Assembly: GCA_951406725.2 (NCBI GenBank)
Contig: OX597822.1
Location: 118,668,001 to 118,732,000 of the forward strand
Source of the DNA: Octopus vulgaris
Taxonomy: Eukaryota
DNA length: 64,000 nucleotides
Direction of reading: 5' to 3'
Shown: positions 12,063-24,350 of the stretch, piece after piece
Position numbering within the stretch: the stretch's first letter is position 1
How the letters are laid out: each line of letters begins with the position of its first letter
The notes under the pieces: model-generated
The model's input: only the letters and a program-made list of their open reading frames with translations
The model's database searches: none
Told to the model about the DNA's origin: nothing
Translations under genes and position numbers: made by a program

Positions 12063-12796
12063 GTAATTAAATAACATTGCTAATGGTGAGCTACACCCAT
12101 TCCTGTGCATAACGAGGGATGAGACATGGTTTCATCTCTCTAGTCACATAAATTCACAAAACACATGGTACCGGGAGGTGTAGAATCCTCATTTTGTGTA
12201 TGAGCAACCAATCCACAATAAAAAAAAATTGGTGTTTGGTGTGCTGTTTCTGGGACATGCATCATTGGACTGATACTGTCAACATGGAGATCCATATGAA
12301 TATTTTGGACCAGTGGAAAACAAAACAATAAATTGAGCAATTATAAATTCAATTCAATTTCAATATTTTATACAAACAAATGACACATCTCATAAATTAC
12401 AGCTGTTTCTGCTTCATCAATAAAACAAAAATTTTCAAGAATAATCAAATCTGTTCAAATATGTAATGATGCTTCATCAGATAGATATATCTGCTTACAT
12501 ATTTCACAAAAAATATCAATTGAAAATATTTATAACTGCTAAGGCTTTTTGAAAACGCTTTTTAAGAGCGAGCATAATCATAAATGAGTAAATAATCTAA
12601 CTGAAATTACATAAATTCCTAAATTTAAATCTATAAATATTCAGTTCTATAATTGATTTTATTACACCACACACACACGTTTATATATACATATTTATAT
12701 ATAGTTATATATACACACATACACATATCATTTATGTATACATACACATACGTATACACACATGCTTAGTCACATACACAAGTTTAGTTATTCATC

Positions 12797-12827
<31 letters not shown>

Positions 12828-15119
12828 CTATCTATATATGTATATATATATAAACACATTTTTTTTTGCTCAACCACTAAGTTACGGGGACACAAACACA
12901 TCAGCATCAGTTGTCAAGCAATGGTGGGGAGACAAAACACAGACACACACACATATATATGATGGGCTTCTTTCAGTTTCCATCTACCAAATCCACTCAC
13001 AAGGTTTTGGTTAGCCGAAGGCTATAGTAGAAGACACTTGCCCAAGGTGCCATGCAGTGGGACTGAACCCAGAACCATGTGGTTGGTAAGCAAGCTACTT
13101 ATCACACAGCGACTCCTTCGCTTATATTCTTTTATTCTTTTACACGTTTCAGTCACTTGACTGTGACCATGCTGGAGCACCATCTTTAGTCGAGCAAATT
13201 GACCCCCAGGACTTATTCTCTGTAAGCCCAGTACTTATTCTATCAGTCTCTTTTGCTGAACTGCTAAGTTAAGGGGATGTAAGCACACCAACATCGATTG
13301 TCAAGCGATGTGGGAAGACAAACACAGACACACAAATATATATATACATATATACAATGAGCTTCTTTCAGTTTCTGTCAACCAAATCCACTTGCAAGGC
13401 TTTGGTCGGCCCAAGGCTATAGTAGAAGACACTTGCCCAAGGTGCCATACAGTGGGACTGAACCCAGAACTATGTGGTTGGTAAGCAAGCTACTTACCAC
13501 ACAACCACTCCTGCATACGTATACAATTCATACACACATGTATTTATTTATGTTAAAACATTATTTTATATATTAATTCAAATCTAAATATTAAGAATCT
13601 GACCATTAGAATATTATATTTACCTATTGGAATAACATTTTTATAGGAAACGTAAACCAGTAAATTCTTCGGATACTTAATAATCCTTTGGTGAATTTTA
13701 CCCCTAGCTATATATATCCCAATTTATATTCATGTTTGTTATTTTATAATAATTACTGGTATCCTTATATATTACTATATTTTATATCTGATATATCTTA
13801 TATGTAAAGAATAATAGGTTATATGTATGTATATTATTGTAATTATCAGTTTAGAAAATAAATAAATAAGTTAACATAATATAATGTCTAAAAGTTGATG
13901 AACCACCTATTGATCCCCTCTATTTTCTTATATATTTTATATTTTCTATATAAATCAATGGTAAAATAACTCTTTACCCTCACCCATTTAATACACTCGG
14001 CAATGCAATAAAAAACACTTGTCTATTAATTAATTGGGTATTCTACCAGCTGTATATTGGATAAGTATTATCCCTTAGTGGGTTGGACCCACAACCTCTA
14101 ACTTTATTGGAGTTATATATATATATATATATATATGATGGGCTTCTTTTAATTTCTGTCAACCAAATCCGCTGCTCTGAAAGTTTTGGTTGGACTAAGT
14201 CTGTTGTAAAAGATACTTGCTAAAGGTGTCTGTGTTTGTTTACACCTGTGTGTATATATAAAAGCCTGCGAATATTGAGTGGAGCTCCTTCTGACGAATC
14301 CATTAAGTTTAAACACTGCTGAGTATATGAACATTGCCATTGAATAAATACACCTGTCTCATAATACTGAGTACTCTTATAATTCCACCCCACCCCCCCA
14401 ATCACATATCCCTCTCATCACTAACCTTCATATCCCTGTCTCTCAATCTTCTCACTCTATGAAGGGGCTAGTGAGTGAGCCCAGTGGAATCCTTTTAGTT
14501 GTGTTGAGAACATCGCAACCCGTCTAGTGCCAGTGTCACAAAAAACACTCAGTACATCCTTTTATGTGTGAGATTCTGACGGACCCCTAAGAAATGACAA
14601 CTTCAGTATTGCTACCATGAAAATAAAATAGCAACAAGTACACATATGCGTGTGTGTACGTGTGTGTGTGTGTGTATGTATGTATGTACGTACGTACGTA
14701 CATACATACTGAAATGGCAGTACTGTTGTAGAAACAAAATGAAATAAGTCTTCCAGGAAATATTACTCGTTTTTTTTTTTTTTCAATTCAAAGAAAAGTA
14801 TTCAGCAATTAATTAGTGGTGGGTAATTAGATTATTGTCAATAACATTAAACTATTATATGACACATCATCAAATTCTAGCTTAATTACTGATATATAAA
14901 TATATCCATATATAAATACAGTTGTAGTTTGCTCAGAGTATTGTGATACAAAAGTAAAAAGGTTATCTAACTTTCTCTTTTTGCCTAGTAAGATACTTCC
15001 TGCCTTCATTATTTCTTATTTTATATATATTTATATCAATGTATGTACATCTCTCTCTCTCTCTCTCTGTCTCCCTATGGATTTGGAGGTTAAGCTAATA
15101 TCTTTAAACTTTATCAGAC

Positions 15120-15508
15120 ATACTGATTGCCGGCACATTCTGTAAAGTTCACAATGCCCGTGTTGCCCAGATGAAAAGCACCCTCCTACGGCTACGAAAC
15201 CTTTTGTCATACCCTTTTCTCTCCCAACCTTGCACCATCTGACTTCCACCTCTTTCCAACCGTGAAGTCTTTTTTGAAGGAGAAGCACTTTTCAGATGAT
15301 GAGGAATTTATTTCTGAGGTAAAGTCTTGACTCCAGATGCAATCTACCGACTTCTACAGACGAGGTCTTCACAGCTGCATAAAGCGATGGAGGCAGTGTG
15401 TCACCATTGGTGGCAGCTATGTAGAGAAGGACAAAGAATTATGCCATGTTTCGTTTATCCCTGTTCTTGGGAAGTGGGTCAGGGGAAATCTTTAATGAAC
15501 ACCCATCA
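15120..15508 (+). mobile_element. Mariner transposase C-terminal relic with 3' end
   Basis: SPNLAPSDFHLFPTVKSFLKEKHFSDDEEFISEV...KRWRQCVTIGGSYVEK. Confidence 0.8.
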
Positions 15509-15816
15509 TATATACACACACATATATATATATGTATATAATCATTACAGATACAGGGTGAAAAAATTATTAATTTAATAAAATTAACAAATTTCACCCA
15601 GTAGTTTTTCGGTATGGAAAAGAACCATATTCGGTAAAAACTTACACAAAAAGTATTTTTATATATAATTATAACAATAAGGGTTTAGCAACAAGTTGCT
15701 TGACCACATACCAAAAATTTTAGAAATAGCACCCAAAAGACTGCTATTTCTTTTTTCTACAAAAATATGTCTCCACAGATAACAATATTTGTAACTCACA
15801 CATGGCTTATTGTAAT

Positions 15817-16285
15817 TATATATATATATATATATATATACATACATACATATATATATATATACATACATACATATATATATATATACATACATATATA
15901 TATATATACATACATATATATATATATACATACATATATATATATATACATACATACATATATATATATATACATACATATATATATATATATACATACA
16001 TATATATATATACATACATACATACATATATATATATATATACATACATACATACATATATATATATATACATACATACATATATATATATATACATACA
16101 TACATACATATATACATACATACATATATATATATATACATACATACATATATATATATATACATACATACATATATATATATATACATACATACATACA
16201 TATATATATACATACATACATACATATATATATATACATACATACATACATACATATATATATATATACATACATACATATATAT

Positions 16286-16332
<47 letters not shown>

Positions 16333-16423
16333 CATATATATATACATACATACATACATATATATATATACATACATACATATATATACATACATACATA
16401 TATATACATACATACATATATAT

Positions 16424-16454
<31 letters not shown>

Positions 16455-16678
16455 CATACATACATATATATATACATACATACATATATATATACATATA
16501 TATATATATACATACATACATATATATACATACATACATATATATATATACATATATATATATATACATACATATATATATATATATATACATACATACA
16601 TATATATATATATACATACATACATATATATATATATACATACATACATATATATATATATACATACATACATATATA

Positions 16679-16712
<34 letters not shown>

Positions 16713-16883
16713 CATACATACATATATATATACATACATATATACATACATATATATATACATACATATATACATACATATATATATACATACATATATA
16801 CATACATATATATATACATACATATATACATACATACATATATATATATACATATATATACATATATATATATACATATATAT
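15817..16883. repeat. ~1.07-kb (TA)n/(TACA)n compound microsatellite, with a further tract at 17401-17642
   Basis: Directly visible. It generates the spurious 350-390 aa Y/I/H/T/M/C/V ORFs. Confidence 0.98.
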
Positions 16884-17400
16884 CATCATCATCATCATCA
16901 TCGTTTAGCGTCCGCTTTCCATGCTAGCATGGGTTGGACGGTTCAACTGGGGTCTGTGAAGCTGGAAGGCTTTGTCAGGCCCAGTCAGATCTGGCAGTGT
17001 TTCTACGGCTGGATGCCCTTCCTAACGCCAACCACTCCGCGAGTGTAGTGGGTGTTTTTTACATGCCACCTGCACAGGTGCCAGACAGAGCTGGCGAACG
17101 GCCACGAACGGATGGTGCTTTTACGTGTCACCGGCACGGGGCCAGGCGATGCTGGCAACGGACACGAACGGATGGTGCCTTTACGTACCACCGACACGGG
17201 GCCAGACAGAGCTGGCAACCGGCCACGAACGGACGGTGCTTTTACGTGTCACCGGCACGGGGGCCAGCCGAGGCTGGCAACGGACGCGAACGGATGGTGC
17301 TTTTACGTGCCACCGACACGGTTGCCAGACAGAGCTGGCAAACGGCCACGAGCGGACGGTGCTTTTACGTGTCACCGGCACGGGGGCCAGCCGAGGCTGG
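16884..17400 (-). mobile_element. RTE 3'-UTR-derived repeat with ~60-bp internal tandem units. Family copies at ~8410, 21785, 23600, 28003, 34090, 37310, 45520, 50200, 57490, 58245, 58785, 59760, 61985
   Basis: Ends in catggaaagcggacgYtaaac(gat)n and carries repeated gtgccggtggcacgtaaaagcacc modules. The same sequence is contiguous with the RTE ORF at 17640-18790. Confidence 0.85.
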
Positions 17401-17495
17401 CATATATACATACATATATACATATACATACATATATATATACATACATACATACATATATATACATATACATACATATATATATACATACATAC

Positions 17496-17532
<37 letters not shown>

Positions 17533-17586
17533 ATTATATATATATGTGTATAGTATATATAAATATATATATATACGTATGTATAG

Positions 17587-17617
<31 letters not shown>

Positions 17618-17640
17618 GTATAGTATATATATATATATAT

Positions 17641-18790
17641 ATCATCATTGTTTAACGTCCACTTTCCATGCTAGCATGGGTTGGACAATTTGGACTGGTG
17701 AACCAGATGGCTGCACCAGGCTCCAATCTTAATCTGGTATAGCTTCTACAGCTGGATGCCCTTCCCAATGCCAACCACTTCGTGAGTGTAGTGGGTGCTT
17801 TTTACGTGCCACTGGCAGGAGGGTCAGTCAGGCGGTACTGGCAACGGCCACGCTCAAATGGTGTTTTTTATGTGCCACCTGCACAGGAGCCAGTCCGAAA
17901 GATTTTCAGGTGCCACTGGCACAAGTGCCAGTAAGGCGACGCTGGTAACGATGAAGCTCAAATGAAGCTTTTTATGTGCCACCAGCATCAAAGACAGTCA
18001 GCTGCTCTGGCAATGATCATGCTCAGATGGTGCTCTTAGCGCTCCACTAGCACAGATGCCAGTCATCGAATTTGATTTCGATTTCACTTGCCTCAACAGG
18101 TCTTCACAAGCAGAGTTTAGTGTCCAATGAAGGAAAGGCATGCATAAGTGGGCTGGTTACACCCCTGGCATAGGCCACGAGGTTATGGTCTCATTTGGCT
18201 TGCCAGGTCTTCTCAAGCACAGCATATTTCCAAAAGTCTCAGTCACTAGTCATTGCCTCGGTGAGGCTTAATGTTTGAAGGTCGTGCTTCACCACTACAT
18301 CCCAGGTCTACCTCTTCCATGGATTCCCTCCATTGCTAGGGATTGGCACTTTTTCACACAGCTGTCCTCATCCATTCTCACCAAATGACCACACCAGTGC
18401 AGTCGTCTCTCTTGCACACTACATCTGATACTTCTTTGGTCCAACTTTTCTCTCAAGGTACTTACACTCTGTCAAGTATGCACACTGACATTATACATCC
18501 ATCAGAGCATACTGGCTTCATTCCTTGCAAGCTTACGCATGTCCTCAGCAGTCACAGCCCATGTTTCACTGCCATGTAGCATGACTGTTCCCATACATGC
18601 ATCATACAGTCTGCCTTTTATTCTGAGTGAGAGGCCTTTTGTCACCAGCAGAGGTAAGAGCTCTCTGAACTTTGCCCAGGCTATTCTTATTCTAGCAGCT
18701 ACACTTTCAGCACACCCTCCACCGCTACTAACGTGGTCACCTAGGTAACGGAAGTTATCAACTACTTCTAGTTTTTCTCCCTGGAATGTG
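17641..18790 (-). mobile_element. 5'-truncated RTE LINE 3' end (RT thumb/C-terminus, 3' UTR, GAT tail)
   Basis: GEKLEVVDNFRYLGD...RIRIAWAKFRELLPLL...KGRLYDAC...MLHGSETW...RRLHWCGHLVRM, followed by the UTR and aaacaatgatgat. Confidence 0.9.
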
Positions 18791-18833
18791 GCGGAAGTTG
18801 GTCTCTCTCTCTCTATATATATATATATATACA

Positions 18834-19103
18834 CTGTTGTGTCTGGGGATAGTCACTCTCTTCTGGCGCCCTACAGCTCAACACACTCACCGGTAAAACT
18901 TCCACCCATTCCCCGCTATTCCTCCATAATTCCTACTGCGTCCTGCAACCCTTTCAATAGTTTTCAGAGTCAAAACTATTGAAAAGGTTGCAAGACACAA
19001 CAAAAATTTTAGTAAAATAAAAAAGAATTAAGTGGAAACTCCACCGGTGAGCATGCTAAACCACAAGGCACAAAAAGAAAATGACTCTCCCCAGACACAA
19101 CAG
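18834..19103. repeat. ~270-bp fold-back palindrome element
   Basis: Outer arms ctgttgtgtctgggga.agtca / tgactctccccagacacaacag. Central ~25-bp stem at 18940-18996 with a 7-nt loop. Confidence 0.75.
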
Positions 19104-19167
19104 AATATGCTTCAACACACAAACTCACGTAGAGAATCTTGCAAACCAAATCCAGAAATGAAATATA

Positions 19168-19696
19168 TTAGGTTATCCGGAAAGTTCGTGCCGATTTTTA
19201 ATGGAAAGAAAAAGGTCAATAAATATTCGCCATTACATTTTTAATCAATCAAATATGAACCATTTTGTTGCACAATGCGTCTCCATCTTACCTTTATCTT
19301 GAAAATACCCTCTTCCCAGAATTGAGGTGGTTTCATGGCAAAGAATTCATCAAGGTATCTTTTTACATCATCCAAGGAATTGAAATTTTTACCATTAAGA
19401 CTATTCTGCAGAGATCTGAATAAGTGGAAATCCAAAGGAGCAATATCTGGTGAATATGGAGGGTGGGGTAATACATCCCAGCCGAGCTGCAGCAATTTTT
19501 GTCTTGTTCCCAAAGCATCAAATGCCAAAAATGAATTGTCTTATCTTCCATTTTAAAGGGTTACAGAATTAAGATAGCTTAAATTGTGCTCTAAATGGAG
19601 GTGTAGTCAAATCCTATTTTATGGACTCAACCATGTTCTAAAATAAGTCGAAGGGTAAGCTACTATAAATCGGCACAAACTTTCCGGATAACCCAA
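19168..19696 (-). mobile_element. Internally deleted mariner with both TIRs and TA TSD
   Basis: TIRs ttRggttatccggaaagttYgtgccgattt. Encodes LGWDVLPHPPYSPDIAPLDFHLFRSLQNSLNGKNF...RWRRIVQQNGSY. Confidence 0.92.
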
Positions 19697-19719
19697 TATA
19701 TATATATGTATACATATAT

Positions 19720-19944
19720 ACGAGGGGTGGTGGCTGAAAAGTTCTTGGCTTTGGGTAAAAGGAAATCTAAGTGGATCAGTTACTTAAGATTTTATTCAGC
19801 ATATTCCATTCTCAGAGACTCGCATGCTTATTGCAGTGGCCCTTCAATTTTCCTAATCCTTGTAAAAGAACTCAGAAGGCTGGGACTCCAACCACACTTT
19901 TCGTGAAACCCTTAAAGCCAGGAACTTTTCAGTACCTCTTGTGT
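19720..19944. mobile_element. Mariner-type MITE
   Basis: tacgagggg...ctgaaaagttcttggcttt and the inverted end aaagccaggaacttttcagtacctcttgtgta. Confidence 0.7.
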
Positions 19945-20057
19945 ATATATGTTCTTTTATTCTTTTACTTGTTTCAGTCATTTGACTGTGGCCATGCTTT
20001 TAGTCGAACAAATCAACCCCAGGACTTATTCTTTGTAAGCCTAGTACTCATTCCATT

Positions 20058-20392
20058 AATCTGACGTCATGTAATGTTATGGGTTGGGTCTGCCCCTGTG
20101 GCGAATCTCCGACATATCATGTAATGTAATGTTATGGATTAGGTCTGCCCCTCTGGCGAATCTCTGACAAGTCATGTAATGTTATGGATTAGGTCTGCCC
20201 CTCTGGCGAATCTGAAACGTCATGTAATGTGTGGCGAATCTCCGACATATCATGTAATGTAATGTTATGGATTAGGTCTGCCCCTCTGGCGAATCTCTGA
20301 CAAGTCATGTAATGTTATGGATTAGGTCTGCCCCTCTGGCGAATCTGACATAACATTACATGACATGTCAGATTTGCCAGAGGGGCAGGGCC
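20058..20392. repeat. ~50-bp tandem repeat with a terminal inverted unit
   Basis: Unit catgtaatgttatggattaggtctgcccctctggcgaatctctgac, ~6 copies. The last unit (20349-20392) is reverse-complemented. Confidence 0.9.
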
Positions 20393-20394
20393 AG

Positions 20395-21030
20395 TACAGG
20401 GTGTTTAGGCTAAATTAGATGATTTTTTTCTAGGTCCCCTTTTTTTCAGGAACAGCTTGACTGATGAACAGTCAACTGAGTTGGAGAGCATAAAGATCCA
20501 AGTTGTAGTCAAGAAAAAGTTAGACAACACGAAAGACTGGAAGCTAGAATTCCATCCTGATGATTCCCATTGGGCCTCAATTCTCTGTGAACACTGTAAA
20601 GGATGTAATATGTGACATGGACATCATGAAAACCAAGTTCCTCCAAAGTGTTGTGGTCTTTGGGTGTGTCTTCAGTAAAGGTGATCAGGGCCTTAGGCTC
20701 CATGCAGATGAAGCTACTGGAGGTTGTGGTCAACACTTGCTGGAGAGAATTGCTTCTGAAAGGCCACATGCATGGCAGCAAGATTTGGCCCTTTGCCATA
20801 TCTCCAAGAAAGAGTCAGAAATGGTTGCTGGAGAATTTCTATGACTTCACCAGCCCCAATTTTGGCCTCCTAATTACCCCAATTGTTATCCCATGGATTG
20901 CTACATGTGGGGCACTGTTGAGAAAGACACCAACAGCTTTGCCTGCAACACCAAGGCCAAGGTGGTGTTTGAAAATCTTCCATGGTATACAGTGAGTATT
21001 GCATGCACCAGGTTCTGGAGGCCATGGTGT
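20395..21030 (+). mobile_element. Decayed Tc1/mariner-superfamily element, DD37D (maT-like)
   Basis: Starts TA|CAGGGTG. Encodes VVVFGCVFSKGD and, after correcting two compensating frameshifts, WQQD-37 aa-D: DLALCHISKKSQKWLLENFYDFTSPNFWPPNYPNCYPMDCYMWG. Confidence 0.75.
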
Positions 21031-22402
21031 AAGTGTGTACATGCTCATATATTTATACCATGGGCTTCTTTCAGTTTCCATCAAGTAAATCCAATGACAA
21101 GGCTTTGGTTAGCCTAGGGCTAAAGTAGAAGATAATGGTCCCAGGTTCCATGCAGTAGAACTGAACGTGAAATAATGAAGTTAGGAAGCAAGCAAGTTAA
21201 CCACATAATCCTGCTTCTATTCATGCAAACACACACACTCACATAATTTTAATAAGTAGGAGAGAAAACATTTTAATGTTGATCTGGTTTACTCAACTAG
21301 CAGAAATGAGTATTAAGACTGGAAGATGGATAGGATCAGCAGTAGACTGCTATTGCTATCTTTACATTTTTTTTTACTTCACATTTGAATAGGCACTGTG
21401 TATATTTAACCCCTTTCGTACCAAACTGCTCAAGACAGTCTTGCTTCTGCGGGGCAAACTCCCTGTTTTAAAATGATCTAAATTAAAACCTTCTGTAAAA
21501 ATTTTGCATCAGTTTCGGTTCCAAACATCAGCTTAATATCAACAAAGTTATTTAAATAAATTCTTCATTATTTCATCTCATCTTTTCTGCTCGCATATTC
21601 CTGGTAGGGTCATGGGGGGGCAAAGTCCTCAAGTATGCCTTTCATCTGACTGGATTATTAAGTGAGACTCATTGAGCTCATGGATGTTATCCAACCATCT
21701 TTGCTTGTTTGTGATCTACCCCTAGGATCTCCTGTCGGTTGGTTTCTGCCCATAAAACCTGTCCAGAGATTCTTTCCTGAGACATTCATCATCATCATCA
21801 TTTAACATCTGTTTTCCATACAAGCATGGGTTGGACAGTGTGACTTGAGCAGGTAAGGTCAGGGGCTGCACCAGGATCCATTATTTGTTCTGGCATGGTT
21901 TCTACAGCTGGATGCCTTTCCTAGTGCCAACCACTCCACAAAGTGTCCTGGGTGCTTTTTATGCGGCACCAGCACCAGTGCTGTTCATGTGACACCAGCA
22001 CATTCTTACCAACAATTCATTATTTTAAAATTAACTGCAAAAAGGCAGTACATTTCAACATAGTAACAAAAGGGGTAAAGTGAACTAAATTAAAAACGTT
22101 CATCAAAATTTCATGTTAATTTATGCTTCAAATACCAACTAAATAATGACAAAATTATTTCACTAAATTTTTAATTACTTTCAAAACAAATTGGGAAAAA
22201 AAGCAGTGTATTTCAAGAGGAATATGATAACAAAAATGGTAAGGATTCTTTCTAGAACTGAAACTTCTAAATTTGAAAATTTTACACATTTAAATATTTC
22301 TGTAAAAAATACTTTCTGAATAAATTCTTTTCACAATATTTATCATTCCAAAAATACCTAAACTAATCTTTACTTCAGACAATATTTCAAATTTAGATTT
22401 AA

Positions 22403-22953
22403 CCCTTTCGTTACTGTATTTATTTTGAGATGCTCTGTGTTTATTTCAATTACTTTAAATACAACAAAGAATTCAGTAAAATAACTTAGGTATCATTCAG
22501 CTAGTGTTAGGAACATAAACTGTGTCTAAGGTTTGGTGGAAGATTTTAATTCAAAACTTATGAAAACAAGAGATTTGTACTCAGAGCCATTTGTACCAGT
22601 TTCAGTTGGATTGGTAACAAAAGGGTTTGAACATAAGTGGCCCAGAAGTGTCTTGTTGAAGTGGAGATACACAACTACCCCAGGTGGAAAAAGGGAGACA
22701 ATGGTGAAGAGATGACAGGGTATCACCTCTTCACCCTTTCACTACTGTATTTATTTTGAGCTGCTCTGTGTTTCTTTCAATTACTTTAAATACAACAAAG
22801 AATTTACTAAAATAACTTAGGTATCATTCAGCTAGTGTTAGGAACATAAGTTGTGACCAAGGTTTGGTGGAAGATTTTAATTCCAAACTTATAGAAACGA
22901 GACATTTGTACTCAGAGCCAGAGCTGGTTTCAGTCGGGTTGGTAACGAAAGGG
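22403..22953. mobile_element. Two piggyBac-type MITE copies (22403-22625, 22734-22953). Sibling at 33193-33412 and degenerate relatives at ~21410, 34000-34800, 45860, 49000, 51135
   Basis: TTAA|CCCTTTCGTTAC ... GTAACGAAAGGG|TTAA termini, ~220 bp. Confidence 0.8.
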
Positions 22954-23153
22954 TTAGAATATATAAAAATAAGTACAGTCCATTGAAAATAAAAACAATT
23001 TTAATGAATGTAAATATTGCTTTTACAAAGATACAAAGGGGAGAGAAGAAAAATTTGTATGTAAAATATTTATATAACCGGAGGTAAATAGAGATACAAG
23101 AATATTGAAATTTGAATAAATTTAATATTTTTTTTTCAATTACACTCCATTGT

Positions 23154-23159
23154 TTTATT
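23154..23159 (-). terminator. Candidate PDCD6 polyadenylation signal AATAAA
   Basis: Plus-strand tttatt about 245 nt past the stop codon in an AU-rich 3' UTR. Alternative ATTAAA hexamers lie nearby, so the site actually used is uncertain. Confidence 0.35.
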
Positions 23160-23403
23160 ATAACAAATATTCTCCATCTAAATTATTTTGTATGTTAAAA
23201 AAAGGTTACGACAGTGTGAATCTTTCCTTTTCTATTATGTAAAAAAACCAAGTTTCTTCACCACCATGTTGATAATCTGATGTGGCTTGACACAGATTAT
23301 ATTTTGACGAGAATATTCTTCTTTTCATGGTATCATAACACTATATCGGTTTACAATATTTGTAACATGGATACAGATTACAAAAAAAAAAAAAAAAAAG
23401 TAG

Positions 23404-23505
23404 CTAAGTACGAAGACTGAATACAAGTCCAAGAAAATCTTCGTATGAAATCTGAATGACACCATCGCGATCTCTGTCGTGAACTTGAAAGGCATTTGTT
23501 AAAGT
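23404..23505 (-). CDS. PDCD6: PDCD6/ALG-2 last coding exon (EF5: TLTNAFQVHDRDRDGVIQISYEDFLGLVFSLRT*)
   Basis: Polypyrimidine tract, then ttttcag|ACT TTA ACA; TAG at 23404-23406. Matches the ALG-2 C-terminus (DxDxDGxIQxSYE..L..VFS). Confidence 0.95.
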   Translation of the reverse strand, partial: TLTNAFQVHDRDRDGVIQISYEDFLGLVFSLRT

Positions 23506-23849
23506 CTGAAAAAGAAAAAGAAAAACGCTTTTAACATTAAATAAATAAAAAAAAATACGTAGAAGCAATACAAAAGAAACCTTGTTTACACACACATATA
23601 TCATCATCATCTTTTAATGTCTGTTCTCCATGCTGGAATGAGTTAGACGGTTTAACAGGAGGTGGCCAGGTTCCAGAGTTGTCCGATTTGGCATGGTTTC
23701 TGTGGGTGGGTGGCTTTTCTTAATGCCAACCACTTCACAGAGTGTACTGGGTACTTTTATGTGGCACCTGCAGGAGTGCTTCTATGTGGCACTGGCACAA
23801 GTGTTTTTACATAGCACCATCACCTACAATCCTATATATATATATATGT

Positions 23850-24350
23850 GTGACCCCCTTCGGTCATGACTGACCATGGGATTGCACCTAGAAAGTTACC
23901 CTCCGAGGCACAAGTCCGGGCAACGTTGTTTATGGAAGACCAGCAGTCGCCCATGCATACCAGCCTCTCCTCTCCACGCCACTGATGTTATTCGAGGGAA
24001 AGGCAAAGGAGCCGATACAGCTTAGCACCTGTGACACCGCAGCTCATTTATTAACGTGCAAGTGGCTGAGGGCTCCACAGACATGTGCACCCTTAATGTA
24101 GTTCTCGGGGAGATTCAGCATGACGGAGTGTGACAAAGATGTTCCTTTGAAATACAGATACAACAGAAACAGGAAGAAAGAGTGAGAGAAAGTTGTGGTG
24201 AAAGAGTACAGCAGGGTTCGCCACCACCCCCTGCCAGAGCTTCGTGGAGCTTTAGGTGTTTTCGCTCAATAAACACTCACAATGCCTGGTCTGGGAATCG
24301 AGACCGCGATCCTACGAGCGTGAGACCTAACCAGCGGGCCATTGCGCCTC
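23850..24350 (-). mobile_element. Modular tRNA-derived SINE (head shared with 43100-43395)
   Basis: gaggcgcaatggcccRStggttagg...gtYtcgattcccagacc head, central module as at 11880-12000, and a distinct tail. Confidence 0.75.

Noticed and set aside
15659-17732. Long ORFs of 140-390 aa in several frames
   Set aside because: These are translations of a (TA/TACA)n microsatellite and RTE UTR tandem units, which lack stops because of their composition.
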